A stretch of DNA of 64,000 nt from Fimbriosthenelais zetlandica (lineage: Eukaryota): contig OZ365118.1 of the NCBI GenBank assembly GCA_977030845.1, positions 17,794,001-17,858,000 of the forward strand, read 5' to 3'. The position numbers were made by a program, and so were the translations under genes. The notes under the pieces are model-generated. The model was given only the letters and a program-made list of their open reading frames with translations, was not told the DNA's origin and searched no databases. This document shows, one piece after another, positions 40,501 through 52,700 of this stretch (position 1 is its first letter; each line of letters opens with the position of its first letter).

Positions 40501-43500
40501 GGGTGGGGGACAATGCACTGGTGAGTAACACCACACTACTCACACTGTGAGTAAGGGTATCCATGTGTACGTATATATATGTGTTAGTTCACATGTGAAA
40601 AAAATAAAACTATTCATGAAAAAATACTGCACAATAGCCCATGTCCGAGCAACGAGAAAGAACCAAGCTGATGTTAAACATTAGCCTTACTTTCAAAACA
40701 GTTTAGACAATGGATTTGGATACAGTTCATATATTTCAAGACCTCGGACACTCTAAGGTCAAATACACATTGATCAGGTCAATGAATTCCCTTCAATCTT
40801 AAAAGATATCACCCTCAGCCCCTCCCCCTGTCCTACCCAGACATTCCTCAATAGCTCAGAGACAAAAGCAACCTTGGCAGTCCTTCCTATTACCATTGGT
40901 GGTCCCTTCCCTTGTGGTCACCCACTCTTTTCCTACTCCAGCCAAAAGAAATAATATCATTCTTGGCAGGACAGAATTTATGGCCACTTCCAACCCCTTT
41001 TCTATTGTATACAGAAGCACCCGCCATCTTATAATTTCCTGGTATTGTATTTTACTTGTGGTTTTAATTTTAAAAAGGCTTTTTGAAGTATCTCAAGCAC
41101 CTGTCTCTAATTATGACCGGGTGTATGGGAGGTCTGGTATGGGAGTGGACAGCGGAGCATGTGATGTGGGCTGACCATTTCTTGTATGGATATTTCATAT
41201 CCTGTTGGGAAGACACTCTATTGGCTGCAGATGCCAGATCGAGTACTTAGGTAAACCACATAATATCTTCTTCTGAACATATTAAACGCCGTCTCTGAAT
41301 ACAATAACTTATTCTGGAATTGGCTATACATTTCGGTTCACTGGATGGAAAAAATATCTATGACTTTTTCTAACATACCTGTCGCAAAGAGAAGTAAAAG
41401 TCCTAAGGAATATGAATGTGAAGGACTACCTTATAATTCTTTATGAATTTATGGAATTAAATACTGTGAAAAGAATACAAGCTGTCATCTACTGCGACCC
41501 CTCCCATGAGCTTTTTAGTAAAGAATTCTTATTTTTAAGGGGAAAAGAACTCGCACCTTTGTCACAAACCATTGTCACTAGTGTCATCGCTCGGTCGACA
41601 TATGACAATAGGTTTTAACCAGAATATGACAACATATAAAAATAGCTGGCAATGTTGGGATGGATGTATGCCTTGATTTCATTTGCACTGAATACAAAGG
41701 CTTGTCTTCCTCCAAAAATCATATGCACATTAATTATAATGGTGGGACTGAGATGGGGCGGTATTGGGGGTATATGTAAATGTATATAAGTTGTGTTAGT
41801 ATGTGTGTATATGGAAATGTGTGAGTGGTAAGTGTGAAATGATGACACACGGTTAGAATCCACATCCTGAGTCGCACCTATTGCCGTGGTTGCCTATTGA
41901 TGCCTACCTGTGAGTATAATGGTTTGGGGGAGAGGTGAAGGGGAGGAAGAGGTGAGGTGAGGGGAGGAGGAGTGGGGGGAATATACCTGTATGCACTAAG
42001 TGACCCACCTGAGCGCTCTTACCTGGCCGGGTAGAACAAACCCACTGTTTGTTAAGCACCCCTTTTATACCCTCTCTCTACACAAAGTCACTTGTTATTT
42101 TACCTTATCCAGATTGATAGTGATAAAGCTATTGTGATCATATTAATAAGTGCATTGTGTAATTAGTGGCATAAAGGATAGGTTCAAAATCTCAAGTGCT
42201 GAGAGGGAAGGTCAGGGAGGAAGCTCGTAATATCTACTAGGAAGTATAATATCTACTCTTGTGATAAAGAGAAATGGAAAATTTCTAGAATATAATTCCT
42301 ATCTTTATTTTCTCTCTCTCTCTCTCTGTCCATATCTATCTCCCTGCCTGGTAACTGACACACAGGAAGAATATCCCACTATAGATTGGTCGCTGATCAT
42401 TTCCATAGCAACCGATTGGATTTAACTCTCAAGCGGTGCCTTTAAAATCGTCTTTACTTTGGATTATTTCCTCCACCTCAACCAAACTAGAACAATGATA
42501 TCTTATCGCCTGGAGGGAGGGGACTACCGGAGTGTGGTAGGTCTGAGGCTATCAAAGGGAGGAAAGGGGAAGAGGGATTGAGGGGGAAGAGGTGAGGGGA
42601 CTAAGTGAGTTATGACTTGATTGCCTTTTATCTTCAATGCCCTAATTATTCCCTCTGTGCTATGCACGGCCATTCTTTCTCAAGGCATGACCACAGAGTC
42701 TTTCCCTCAGGGAAGACTCAAAATTTGCGCTTTTGAAATCCTTCCGCTGAATAATCATTGTTTAAAATTAATCTGGTTGTCCTTGTACCTGCCCAATTAA
42801 AAGCTATTGGGCTTGGATGTTTGGGGGAGGGTCTTTGCCCTTCGGTTTATGGAGGGGGAAGTGTGGCTTGGGTCAATGGAGGGGTCAGGAAGGGGGGCAC
42901 AAGCATCGCTTTGAGGGAGGTGAAACGAGGAGCGGAAGAATTCACTCATTGTGATGTGTTCATCACAATCAAGCCTGCACTACACTAACTCTAACCTATG
43001 ACCTCAGGCTCTCACAATACGGCTGTAATTAGAAGAATTTGGGGATAAAAATCTACCTTGAATACCATAGGACAATGGTGGTATACTTAGCAATATATTA
43101 CCCCTATAAAATTAATGATGAAAGAATAATTTGGCCAAATTGAGATGTCCTCTTGGTATTTGTTGTTATTCTGAAAGAACCTCAAGGAAACGTTCATAAT
43201 AGACTACATATATATATTATGAACATTTAATAATTTTTAAAAGTACTGGCGAAAATGCTTGAATTTACTTTAGTAAAATGTTCTTGTACTGGTCATATTC
43301 AGTTTTCTGTAACATTTTTGGATGACTTTCATTTTGGGTGACTTTCAGTACATTACCTGTTAGGCAGTCACAGCACGCGCACCTTTTATAAGGGCATGAA
43401 TTTGGACAAGAAAGGAACTTTAAAAAACCTGGAGTAAAGAGAGAAAGAATGTGTTTTTGGCAGAGAAAGAGGAGAAGATCCAGAGAGTGCCTGCTATTGA

Positions 43501-43946
43501 GTGAATAGGTTCAGATTTAGGACAATGATATATCGTTTAAATACACCTTGCTATGGAAAGATAAGAAAATTTTCCAGGCACTTAGCTACAGAAAGGAAAG
43601 CTTTTAAGATGGGATAGGGTATTAATTGCAGTCTTTGAGTGAGGATAGAGGGGTTCAGATTGGTGTTGTGATATTGTATATGGATCTGAAACCTTTCTAT
43701 TGAAAATATGTCAGTTTGATGATAGATGGGTATATTGAGCGGGGTGTACTTGTGTTTCTCAAGGTTTCTCAGTTAAATGGTTTAAGTCTTAGGCTGTCAT
43801 GTATTCGTGGGAAGATGCACGACTGTCCAGGTAACATTGTCTCTCTCCTGTCTATTTATTTGTCCCTGTCTCTCGATCCCTCCTTCTGTCGCAATCAAAG
43901 TATTTGCATTTTATATGACCAGGTCTTTCTTCAGTAGATTCTGAGG

Positions 43947-44013
43947 ATCCATCATCTATCCATCCAATCTATCCATCCATCTACCAACCCATCCACTATA
44001 CATCCATCCATCC
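43947..44013. repeat. Degenerate (ATCC)n microsatellite
   Basis: atccatcatctatccatccaatctatccatccatctaccaacccatcc...catccatccatcc. Confidence 0.8.
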
Positions 44014-47000
44014 CTTCTCTGCCATAAGGGATCCTGGAAGACTATACACCATATAACATTACACATTACACAGGAATGGTACAAGTCTAGGACAGCTCAC
44101 AGACACGCACATTGCCAGCCTGAGTGTGTCACTTTGCACGCATGGCTTCTTCAGGCTCGTCGAGTATAGAAAGTTCTGTCCACTAAGTTCACAGTTATGC
44201 ATGGTTGAATCCCCCCTTCCCTCCCTCCCCAATCTCTCCCCATTTTGTTGTGTCTGAAGCCATGGTGGCCATTTACTCATAGGCTTTTTTCCGTGTCATG
44301 TTAAATTATCTAACCACCGCCAACGGTCGCCACCGTCTATAGTCAGATTTTTTCGTGTGGTAAGAATTTAAAGAACATTCTCTCACATTTCTTCTTCAGC
44401 TCTTTGTGAGCACTGAAAGTGGGACAAGTTTGAGTGAGGCTATGTCAAGAAGAAAACCTGACAACAAATTGGTTTTGAACATGTTGAACTGAATAACTAA
44501 ATGTGCGAAGAGAGAGAAATGCAGTCGAGGATTGATGGGCATATATTTGAAACACCAATCCCTTTCAAGTCCACTCATAGGTGCAATATATCATTCTGAA
44601 AAACACTATCTGAGAGACTCATTGACGGACAGCTTTCCATGCACTATAATTGGAGTTTCCAGGTTGTCCCTGGCATATTGAATGGCGTAGTGAAGGTGAT
44701 GTTTTGATTTGGCTTTAGTGAAACGATTTCAGGAGCCCAAAAGGTGTCAAGTGGAGCTTGTGACCATACAAATCATATCGGCAAATATCTGTCATTGTTC
44801 GTGGTAAGAAAGTGGCCATATAGCCGCGAAACTCTCACAGAGCAAAGCTTGACAGCTAATACAAGAAGCTGCCCTCTCCCACTCGCCTGAATTAAACTGA
44901 TTCTTGATATTCTTTTGTAGTTGTGTAAAGAGATTGATGGGGTTTATATGTTGAGCTTCAAAAAGCACGCTAGCGACATCTTCAGGGCCCTAGGCTTACT
45001 ATTGCAGTGGCCTGGATTTCTTGGGTGATGCCTTTCACCAATACAAGTTATTAGTTTGTTGAATCCCTTCCATCTTTTCTCCTAATTCTCCAAAAATGTT
45101 AGATATTGAATTAAAAGAACATTTCATCCAAGTTATTGGCGATCTATCGGTATATCACGAAGTCTGAAAGACTGCGATTGTCTATACGCATGGTATAGAG
45201 AAGTTTGACCATACTTTTCGCCATGTCCTCCTAAAAAGGCATTCCTCTCTGCAAGTATACTCTGGGCATGCGCTGACATTGCTCTCGTTACGTTACTATG
45301 GTCCTATATGACGTAGAGCACCACTCACCGCGACAACCGTCACCCAAACTTCCTACCCCGACCTTAATTCAATCTAGTATCTCTCCCTGGTTGGGACAGC
45401 ATCCTGACTGAAGTACCAGAAGAGAGAGACAAGCAGAAAACTTCATTAGGCTAAACAAAATGTCATGTATTTCATAACATTTCATATGTATATGTCGTTT
45501 TTGAGCTCATAGCATTTCAAAATTATCCTAAAAATAAAGGAACACACGAGATTGGTTTATCATGGAATGCTGTACACCCCTGATAGAGTGTCAGAAGTAA
45601 TTTTTCTCTCGGTGCTTTCTACCAGAAACAAATAGTTTTTCTGCTCGGCTAAGTCAACCTGTCGATAACCCCAACCAATCAGGCAGCTCAGACTGCTCAT
45701 CAGGGTTTGTTCATGTCTCTGCATGGCCTCACTGATCAAAAACCTTCATACCCATTAACCATCTAGAAAATGTCCGAGTCTACCATATGACAAACTCTAT
45801 AAATACTGTTCGGAATAGTCGCCTCTTTTGACTAAGAAAATCCACTTATTGGCAGTCTAAAGGGCTTTCAATTCAATCCCAGCATCTGCCGCTTCTCTTG
45901 ATGCCCCATCCATTTTCAAAGTTTTCCTAACAGCCTTCCCAGAATGCACCTTCATCGAAGGCCTGTCGCAGCAAATAATCCCCCTCCTCATCACCGGGAT
46001 GTCCATGGAGAATATTCTCCCCGGAGGCGGAGTGGCCTCGCTCTCATATCGATGTATTCTAGTACAATGGTCGCTCACCAGAGGTCTCTATGACGGCTAA
46101 TGTCTTTAACCTGGCGGTTCAAGCGGAAGGGAATTCCCAGTCCAATTTGATGATTTGTTCTGCAGAGAAGGGCCTCTCTGTAAAGCCCTCTCCGCCCCTG
46201 GAGAAAAATGCCCTCTCTGGTATGACGATGGGTCCCTCTGGGTATTTCTTAGCACCCTGCTATGGTCCAGACCCTAGACATACCATTGTTGGTGTGGATA
46301 ATGCATTTTAACAATGCTTTTTATACCAAACACAAAAGTGTGATTATTGAAAGGTGCTCTTTGTGGATGGCCTTCACCACAGAGAGATCTGGAGGCATCG
46401 GACTGTGTAACACCAACATTATTTTAATATCTGCACTTAGTTTTGAAGCAACAGATTTGTGATCCGCTGCTCAAGGCTCGAAGTTAAGATTTTACATAAT
46501 GTTTGAAGGGGGTTATTGAAGTGTTCGTATGCCTATTCCAAATGGCAGATTTCATAATCTTCCAATCATCCGAGATGGCATAATGCCTGCACGTCACAAC
46601 CAACACCTCAACACTGAGAGTTCACCAATTTCACGCTAGGGTGAAGTGGTGCATCCTAATAGGTCTAAATTTACTGCTGTCTGGCCTGGGGAAAAAGCCC
46701 CTACCTTCTATGGTATAAATGTTATGGTCAGATGACCCTTTTGTCCACTGCCAACCATTGGCCAGGACAACAGGTACCTGTATGTAGTACACCTTCGTCC
46801 TAACAACCACTGAGGCCCAGGGTGCTGAGGGCAAAAAGACACCCACAATATTGGCTGCTTTTGAAGATTCAACTTTGCAGTTCAATTTACTGGGTGGAAA
46901 TATGGCTGTGAACTTTGCTCATTTTCCACCAGTTGCAATAAATGTATGATATTAGATCAATGTCTAATAGATCAATGATCCGCAGCAAATATATTTTTGT

Positions 47001-48231
47001 TTAGAATATCAAACATGCTCTTGAAAAATCCCATGGCTGGGAGCTAGGAAATACAGTCCCTGATTCCCATTGAGCACAAAAAGTACTTAGCCAAGTATGG
47101 TGGAGTTTCTATTTAAATCAGCCATCAATGTCTTGTGTGATGTGTTTTTACACTGGTTATAAATGCCTTCTACATCGACCAGCCACTCCTATCGTTGGCT
47201 TCCCACTCCCCCTGTGGCTTCCGTTCTAAGGCAGTTAAATTGTCCTTCTCTTCTTTGATCTCCCAACTCTTCTCCATCATCTTCTTCAAGTGGCCCTGCC
47301 CCTGGGGGAGTTGATGTCTTACATGCATGCTTCCTTGTCTAAGACTTCTTTTCAAGGATCTCTTCTTACCTCTCCTTCTACATTCTTCACTTGCCGAGCC
47401 TTTCTAAGTACTCTTTCTTTGGTTTAATACCTCAAATTGTTAATGTCATTTCGTACTTCAGTCAGATAGTAGTTCAACATCCTTCAAATATTGTTGAAAA
47501 GTATGAGGGAATTTGTGTGAGAATCTAGTGATGGGTCAATAAGGGTGGATGGAGTAGCTTGTAAGTTACCCGCACTATGACACACCTGTTCCCCTGATCC
47601 CACACCCCTGACTCACACCTGAATTATAGCCCTCACCTGAAAACCTCCCACTCCGGGGAGCCCCCTGCCCCTACCACCAGAAAACACGGGGTTAAAAAGT
47701 GGAATGATGATTGAAGGGAACAAAATGGACATCTCTACAATAAAATGCCTGTCATACGATCCCTCCAGATCGGTCTCTTTAAAGCCTCCCTCCATGCCCT
47801 CGGGCTACCTTAGCTTCTTCCAAAATTGTCCCCAACTTCTAGTTTTACTTCGACTTTCGTAACAATATCTAGACTTATGGCCTATTTGCCGTGGCTTTTC
47901 CGTTAGTATGTCCAATCGTACACCCTCATTTTTTCAAATGATCATTTTTCATATGGGAAATCAACATCATATCTGCCCCCATGTCGCGGGGTCGGAGGTA
48001 GGGGACTTGACCGCCAGATGGCCTAATCATAATGACGTGGCAATTTTCATGTCATCTGACGATAGATGGCATTCCTCAGTATAATCACGTGTTACCTCTG
48101 TATGATGCCTTATGTTCCCCACTAAAATTTCCACCGCTTACTTCACAGAACCTGTCTCTGCCATGTTCGAAATTCATCTATCACATCAAATTACTCCATC
48201 TCTCTGACTGATATGAATAGTCTGTACATAA

Positions 48232-48305
48232 TACTCAATGGCTTTGTTCTTTTTCTTTCCAGGTACGTGAAACACTTGATATCGAGTTGGTGTGAAGCTA
48301 AGTAT
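48232..48305 (+). other. Recursive splice site 4 (AG 48261-48262 | GT 48263-48264) with a non-canonical U1-like site 35 nt downstream
   Basis: Branch-like TACTCAA at 48232-48238, then ctttgttctttttctttccAG|GTACGT. Downstream is AAG|CTAAGTAT (C at 48298). Confidence 0.75.
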
Positions 48306-49689
48306 AGAGATTTTCTTTTGATACAGTCAGGTATCTAATGGCATATCCTGCCAATAAATTGACCCAGACATGATCAAGACCTTTTAATGCAGAAGGTTTT
48401 AATGGTAAAATGTCAAGGAAGTCTGGGTTCAACTTTAGAAAGTATCTCTTAATGCGATTGTCAGATTTGACCTTAGTGTGAGAACTTTTAACAAACGTTT
48501 TGGGATAGATTGTGACTGCTGATTAGAAACTGCTTAATTGTTCAAGTATATTAACCGACCGGAAGTGCTCTGATTGATAGAAAATATGTCTCAGTGAATG
48601 TGTGTTGAAATGCATGAAGTTCCATGAATGTTTAGAAATGCAATTGCCATTAGATTTAAGATGTCTTAGACCTATAAAGCTCTCAAAGCATTTTGGGGTT
48701 AGAACGTGGGATGGATGGGCATTTTCTTAGTTCCTATGGGTCCAAAACGAACATAGGTCCTACAGATAGTGCTGTGACTGTACCATTGACACGTTTATAG
48801 CAGAAACCCAATGATGGGGGCTGAGGAAGACAGGTACATTTGATGGTGATAATTTACTGATCTCTGAGGGTGAGGATCGGCAGTGAGACGGTCCAGATGG
48901 CCGGTAAAAATGGGCGATAATAGGGGTCGTACATCACACAGTGAGGGAGACACACAAAGTCCATCAACACCTGCGACAATTAAAACCTAACGGAGCAGAA
49001 AAAGCCAGAAACGGAAAGAAAAAAAAACTTGGTCCCAGTATTCCCCTCACCCGCTTGTGATTTATTTGCCACTGAAAGTCTTAAAGATTTTCTGCAAATT
49101 TTAGTAAACGGTCCAAAGTCCTTCCAAATTTTTGTTGGTTTTCAAAGTATTAAATCTCTGTTCCAAGATTGATATGTATTTTCCCTTTTTTCTCTCCTAA
49201 ACAAGGAGTTACTCACGGTTGATTGACCTCTGAAGTGAGCTTCTTTTAACCGTTATACCAAATTTAAATATTCATTATTTACCCGTTTAAAAACCCTCTG
49301 AAGATTCCAATTAAATGTAGGCATTTGAATCCCATGAGGTCCGGGCTCACTGAGTGGTCATGGTAACATCGGGTAGCTGTAGAAGGTATGCCATTATTTT
49401 GGGCGATAATAGGCACAGAGCCTGTTTTATCGCCCATTTATAGCCCTTTCCTTGTTATATATGGTTTCGGCTACGTCCATCCGGCTGGAAGGGATCGAAA
49501 AGAGATAACCAAGATGGCGTTCTGTATCTTGCCTGGTGATTAGGCCTATAGGCAGAGGGACGATTAAATTACTTGATCCCAATGATTTTCACCTGATTTT
49601 GGCAGAAATTGTTCTGTATTCACTGAGGATCATTGAGTGGAGATTTTGGACATTACGTTAAATTATATGAGTGACTTTTGCCCTGGACA

Positions 49690-49750
49690 TGGACCTGGGT
49701 TTGAACCTAAGACCTATGGATCCTAAATTGTCCACTTAACTTACCAACGG
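49690..49750 (-). mobile_element. Degenerate tRNA-derived SINE head (possible)
   Basis: The minus strand reads gttggtaag...atccataggtcttaGGTTCAAACCCaggtcc. The B-box-like sequence is at 49697-49707, with an A-box-like remnant about 33 nt upstream. No cloverleaf is formed. Confidence 0.3.
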
Positions 49751-52700
49751 GGCAAAATGCCATTTCAGAAGCCACTTTATTTGGGGCTGAGGTAAGCTAT
49801 GAAGGTCAACTAGTGGCCAATCTTACAGATATCTTGGAGGTCTGGTAGGCAATTACATATCGCCGCGGGGTGACCTCAGGGTCCATGTCCCTGGTGGTAG
49901 GAGTGGGTATTATCCAGATAGGGGGCAGGCCTAGGGATAAAGAGGGACTATAGGAGGTAGAGGGATGTCTTAATAGTGAGGTAATGGGGGGAAAGAGGCC
50001 CAAGTAGATAACCAGTGGTTAGCTGGGTTGGGCTCAAGATAGTACATATCAGATGCCTTCCCTAATACATGTACTTTATCAGTACTTTATCTGTATTATT
50101 ATACCTTTTGTGTATGACAATATCCAACAAAGACATTTAAATTTGTATACATGATACGCCTATCCATAAAAAGGGAGATTGGACTAACTAATGTCCAGGA
50201 AGTTTTTCTTGGGAACTCTTGAAACATTTTGCCCTAAGGGACGTGAAAATACCTTTGCATTTTCTTTGCAATTAGTTGGGATGAAAATGTCCACTGAAAG
50301 GACAGGCAACGGTCAGTTAAATGGAGAAGGCGCCTGGTAGATGGGTCAAGGTGTGACTCAAATATTGACCAATATGTCCGCCCTGCAGGTGGGGGAGAAG
50401 CCTTGTATACTTGTTAACCACGGGGGGTCAACCGCCCCCAAACTCCAATATATAACCCTCGTCTCTTTCCTCATTCCTCAGCTCCATTTCTCACTTCATT
50501 TGCTCGACCCCCGGCAGTACCTCCCTCTCATTCACACCTCTATCTTGTCCCCCTGTCCCTCTGCCCTCAGGTCCTGATTAAGAATGTTCCCCCCAATAAA
50601 ATCCCACGACTTTTCATACACAAATGTATGAACTTTCAATGCCCCCATAGAAATACAAAGTGTGCCAACGAAGCTTTATCCGCCGAATCAAAAAAATATT
50701 AGCGCCCACACTTTGAAGACCTCGATGTACATACTTTCAAAGAAGAGGCTTGCAATTACCATACTTAGTTGTAAAGGCCCTTAACTAAGGTTCATTATGT
50801 GGGTCTAATAAACAAGAATTTATATAGGAAAACTGGTCATACATTTCATCCTCTCAACTTTCTATTGTCACCCAGAGATGTTCCAATAATCTACCAATTT
50901 AATACCATCTTTCTTCCGCCTCTGTGCTCTCACCGATTAAATTCAAAGCAGGACATTTGAAAGCCAGAATTTCAATGATCAAAATGGATGAAATAGAACA
51001 GGGCTTGTGGCATTGTGAATGTGCCGCCTGCTGGCGACCTTGGAGTCTATCTGATGACCTTGTTTATCAGGCGTGGCCATCTAAAACGCTGTCCATTGTC
51101 AGCATTGTCCTGCTTTCAAGATCCCCCACTACTGACATTTAATAGTGACCTTTCTCTTTTAAAATGGCTACAAATTCCTGGCTAAGTGACTCGGGCAGAT
51201 CGCTATAGTGGGTGTTCTAGGAACTCCCAGGCGGTAGTGCACATGGTATCCGAGGGACCTTAGAGCAAAGAGGGACTAAGGAGTTATGTTTCTTCTACTT
51301 TCTGCTGAATCAGATGCTACCAACCCCTGAAATAAGCTTCCCAGAAGAATACAAATATTAGCAATTCAAAAATCTGTACGATGAAGTTAGTTGGGAACAA
51401 CTCAGAACTGGAACCTGAGGCCTCTGAGGTCTTTATTATCGCCCATAGATACCTCTGTCTGATGCCTCCCTCTATTTGAGACACATTTCATGGCTGACCC
51501 TCTAAACCGTGCCTCTCTTTTGTCCTCCCTTCTACCTAACCCATCCACCTTTGTGGATTCATATTTCCCATACAGATTACCCAGTGCTATTTGAGAGTCC
51601 CACGTCAATTGTGGCTACATTACTTGTCATTGCTCAGCGTGGTTTCCATTTAGCATTAGGAAGGTTGTTCAGTCATTAGAACCCCTACCTGTCATCTTTC
51701 ATTATTCCATCACCCCAATCACAGCTAAAGATGGCAATTGTTCATGTGGTTCCACCACAATTTTCCACTGCAATTCTTGGTCATTTTCACTATACATGGA
51801 ATGTGATAACAATGGTTGTTAGGCTCTAAACAGCAGGTGGGGAACATGGGCAAAACGTCCTATTATCGCCCGTTTGCTGATCATTTCCTTGTCACTATGG
51901 GCTGAGAAACTTATATACTTCAATGACTAATGTCCCCTTCTGCATGTTGACAGGACACTTCAGGTTTTGAATGCCTTTTTTGTCAGTTAACTTAGGTGAT
52001 ATTAATGTTAAATATCAAGAAAGGTGCAAAAATAATTGAGTATGATGAGAAATCAGTTTCCCTGGTTAGTTCAGAGGTAGTGTTATATTCGAAACGGAGA
52101 ACAAAGCATTTCTCCATGATATTCTGAACAAAAAAGGTGCCATCCAGTGTCAGTCTTTTTACTATCCAACAGATAAGACACCCTGAGATCCACCATTCGA
52201 TCTGTGTCTCCCTCAGGCCCTTTTAAAAACCAACTCACTCAAGTGTCTGATCCAAACCATTTGATAGGAGCTTGTGGGGCATTAATAAACCACTTGATCT
52301 GCACAAAAACCTCGCCCCGCTAGCCCTACAGATGTGTGTGTAGTGTATGGAGATAGAGACACCCTCCTGTGGTGAATTAGAGTGGGGCTGCACACCGATA
52401 GCATGTGTAGGAAACATGGGTAAATTGAGACCATGTAAAAAGCCTCTCCCGTCTGCTACAAACTGCTGTCCCCGGATCATTTGAAGTCACTTTGTATCAA
52501 CTCTTGCCTTAGGTTTAACTTAAAGCATGATGGGGGCCATATTTCAAGACGCTGGTGAAAATAAAGACCATATTTCAGGTCTGGGTGTAAAATGGAGACC
52601 AGATTTCAGTGAGGAGCACGGCCTAAAGCACCTATAACTTTCCTCTGTATATTTTATAAGGCAGGGTGAGGTTAATGGAATGTGACCGGCAGACATCAGA

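Noticed and set aside
47170-47425. Minus-strand charged peptide KERVLRKARQVKNVEGEVRRDP, faintly LINE ORF1-like
   Set aside because: Bounded by stops in every frame I checked, and the similarity is only compositional.
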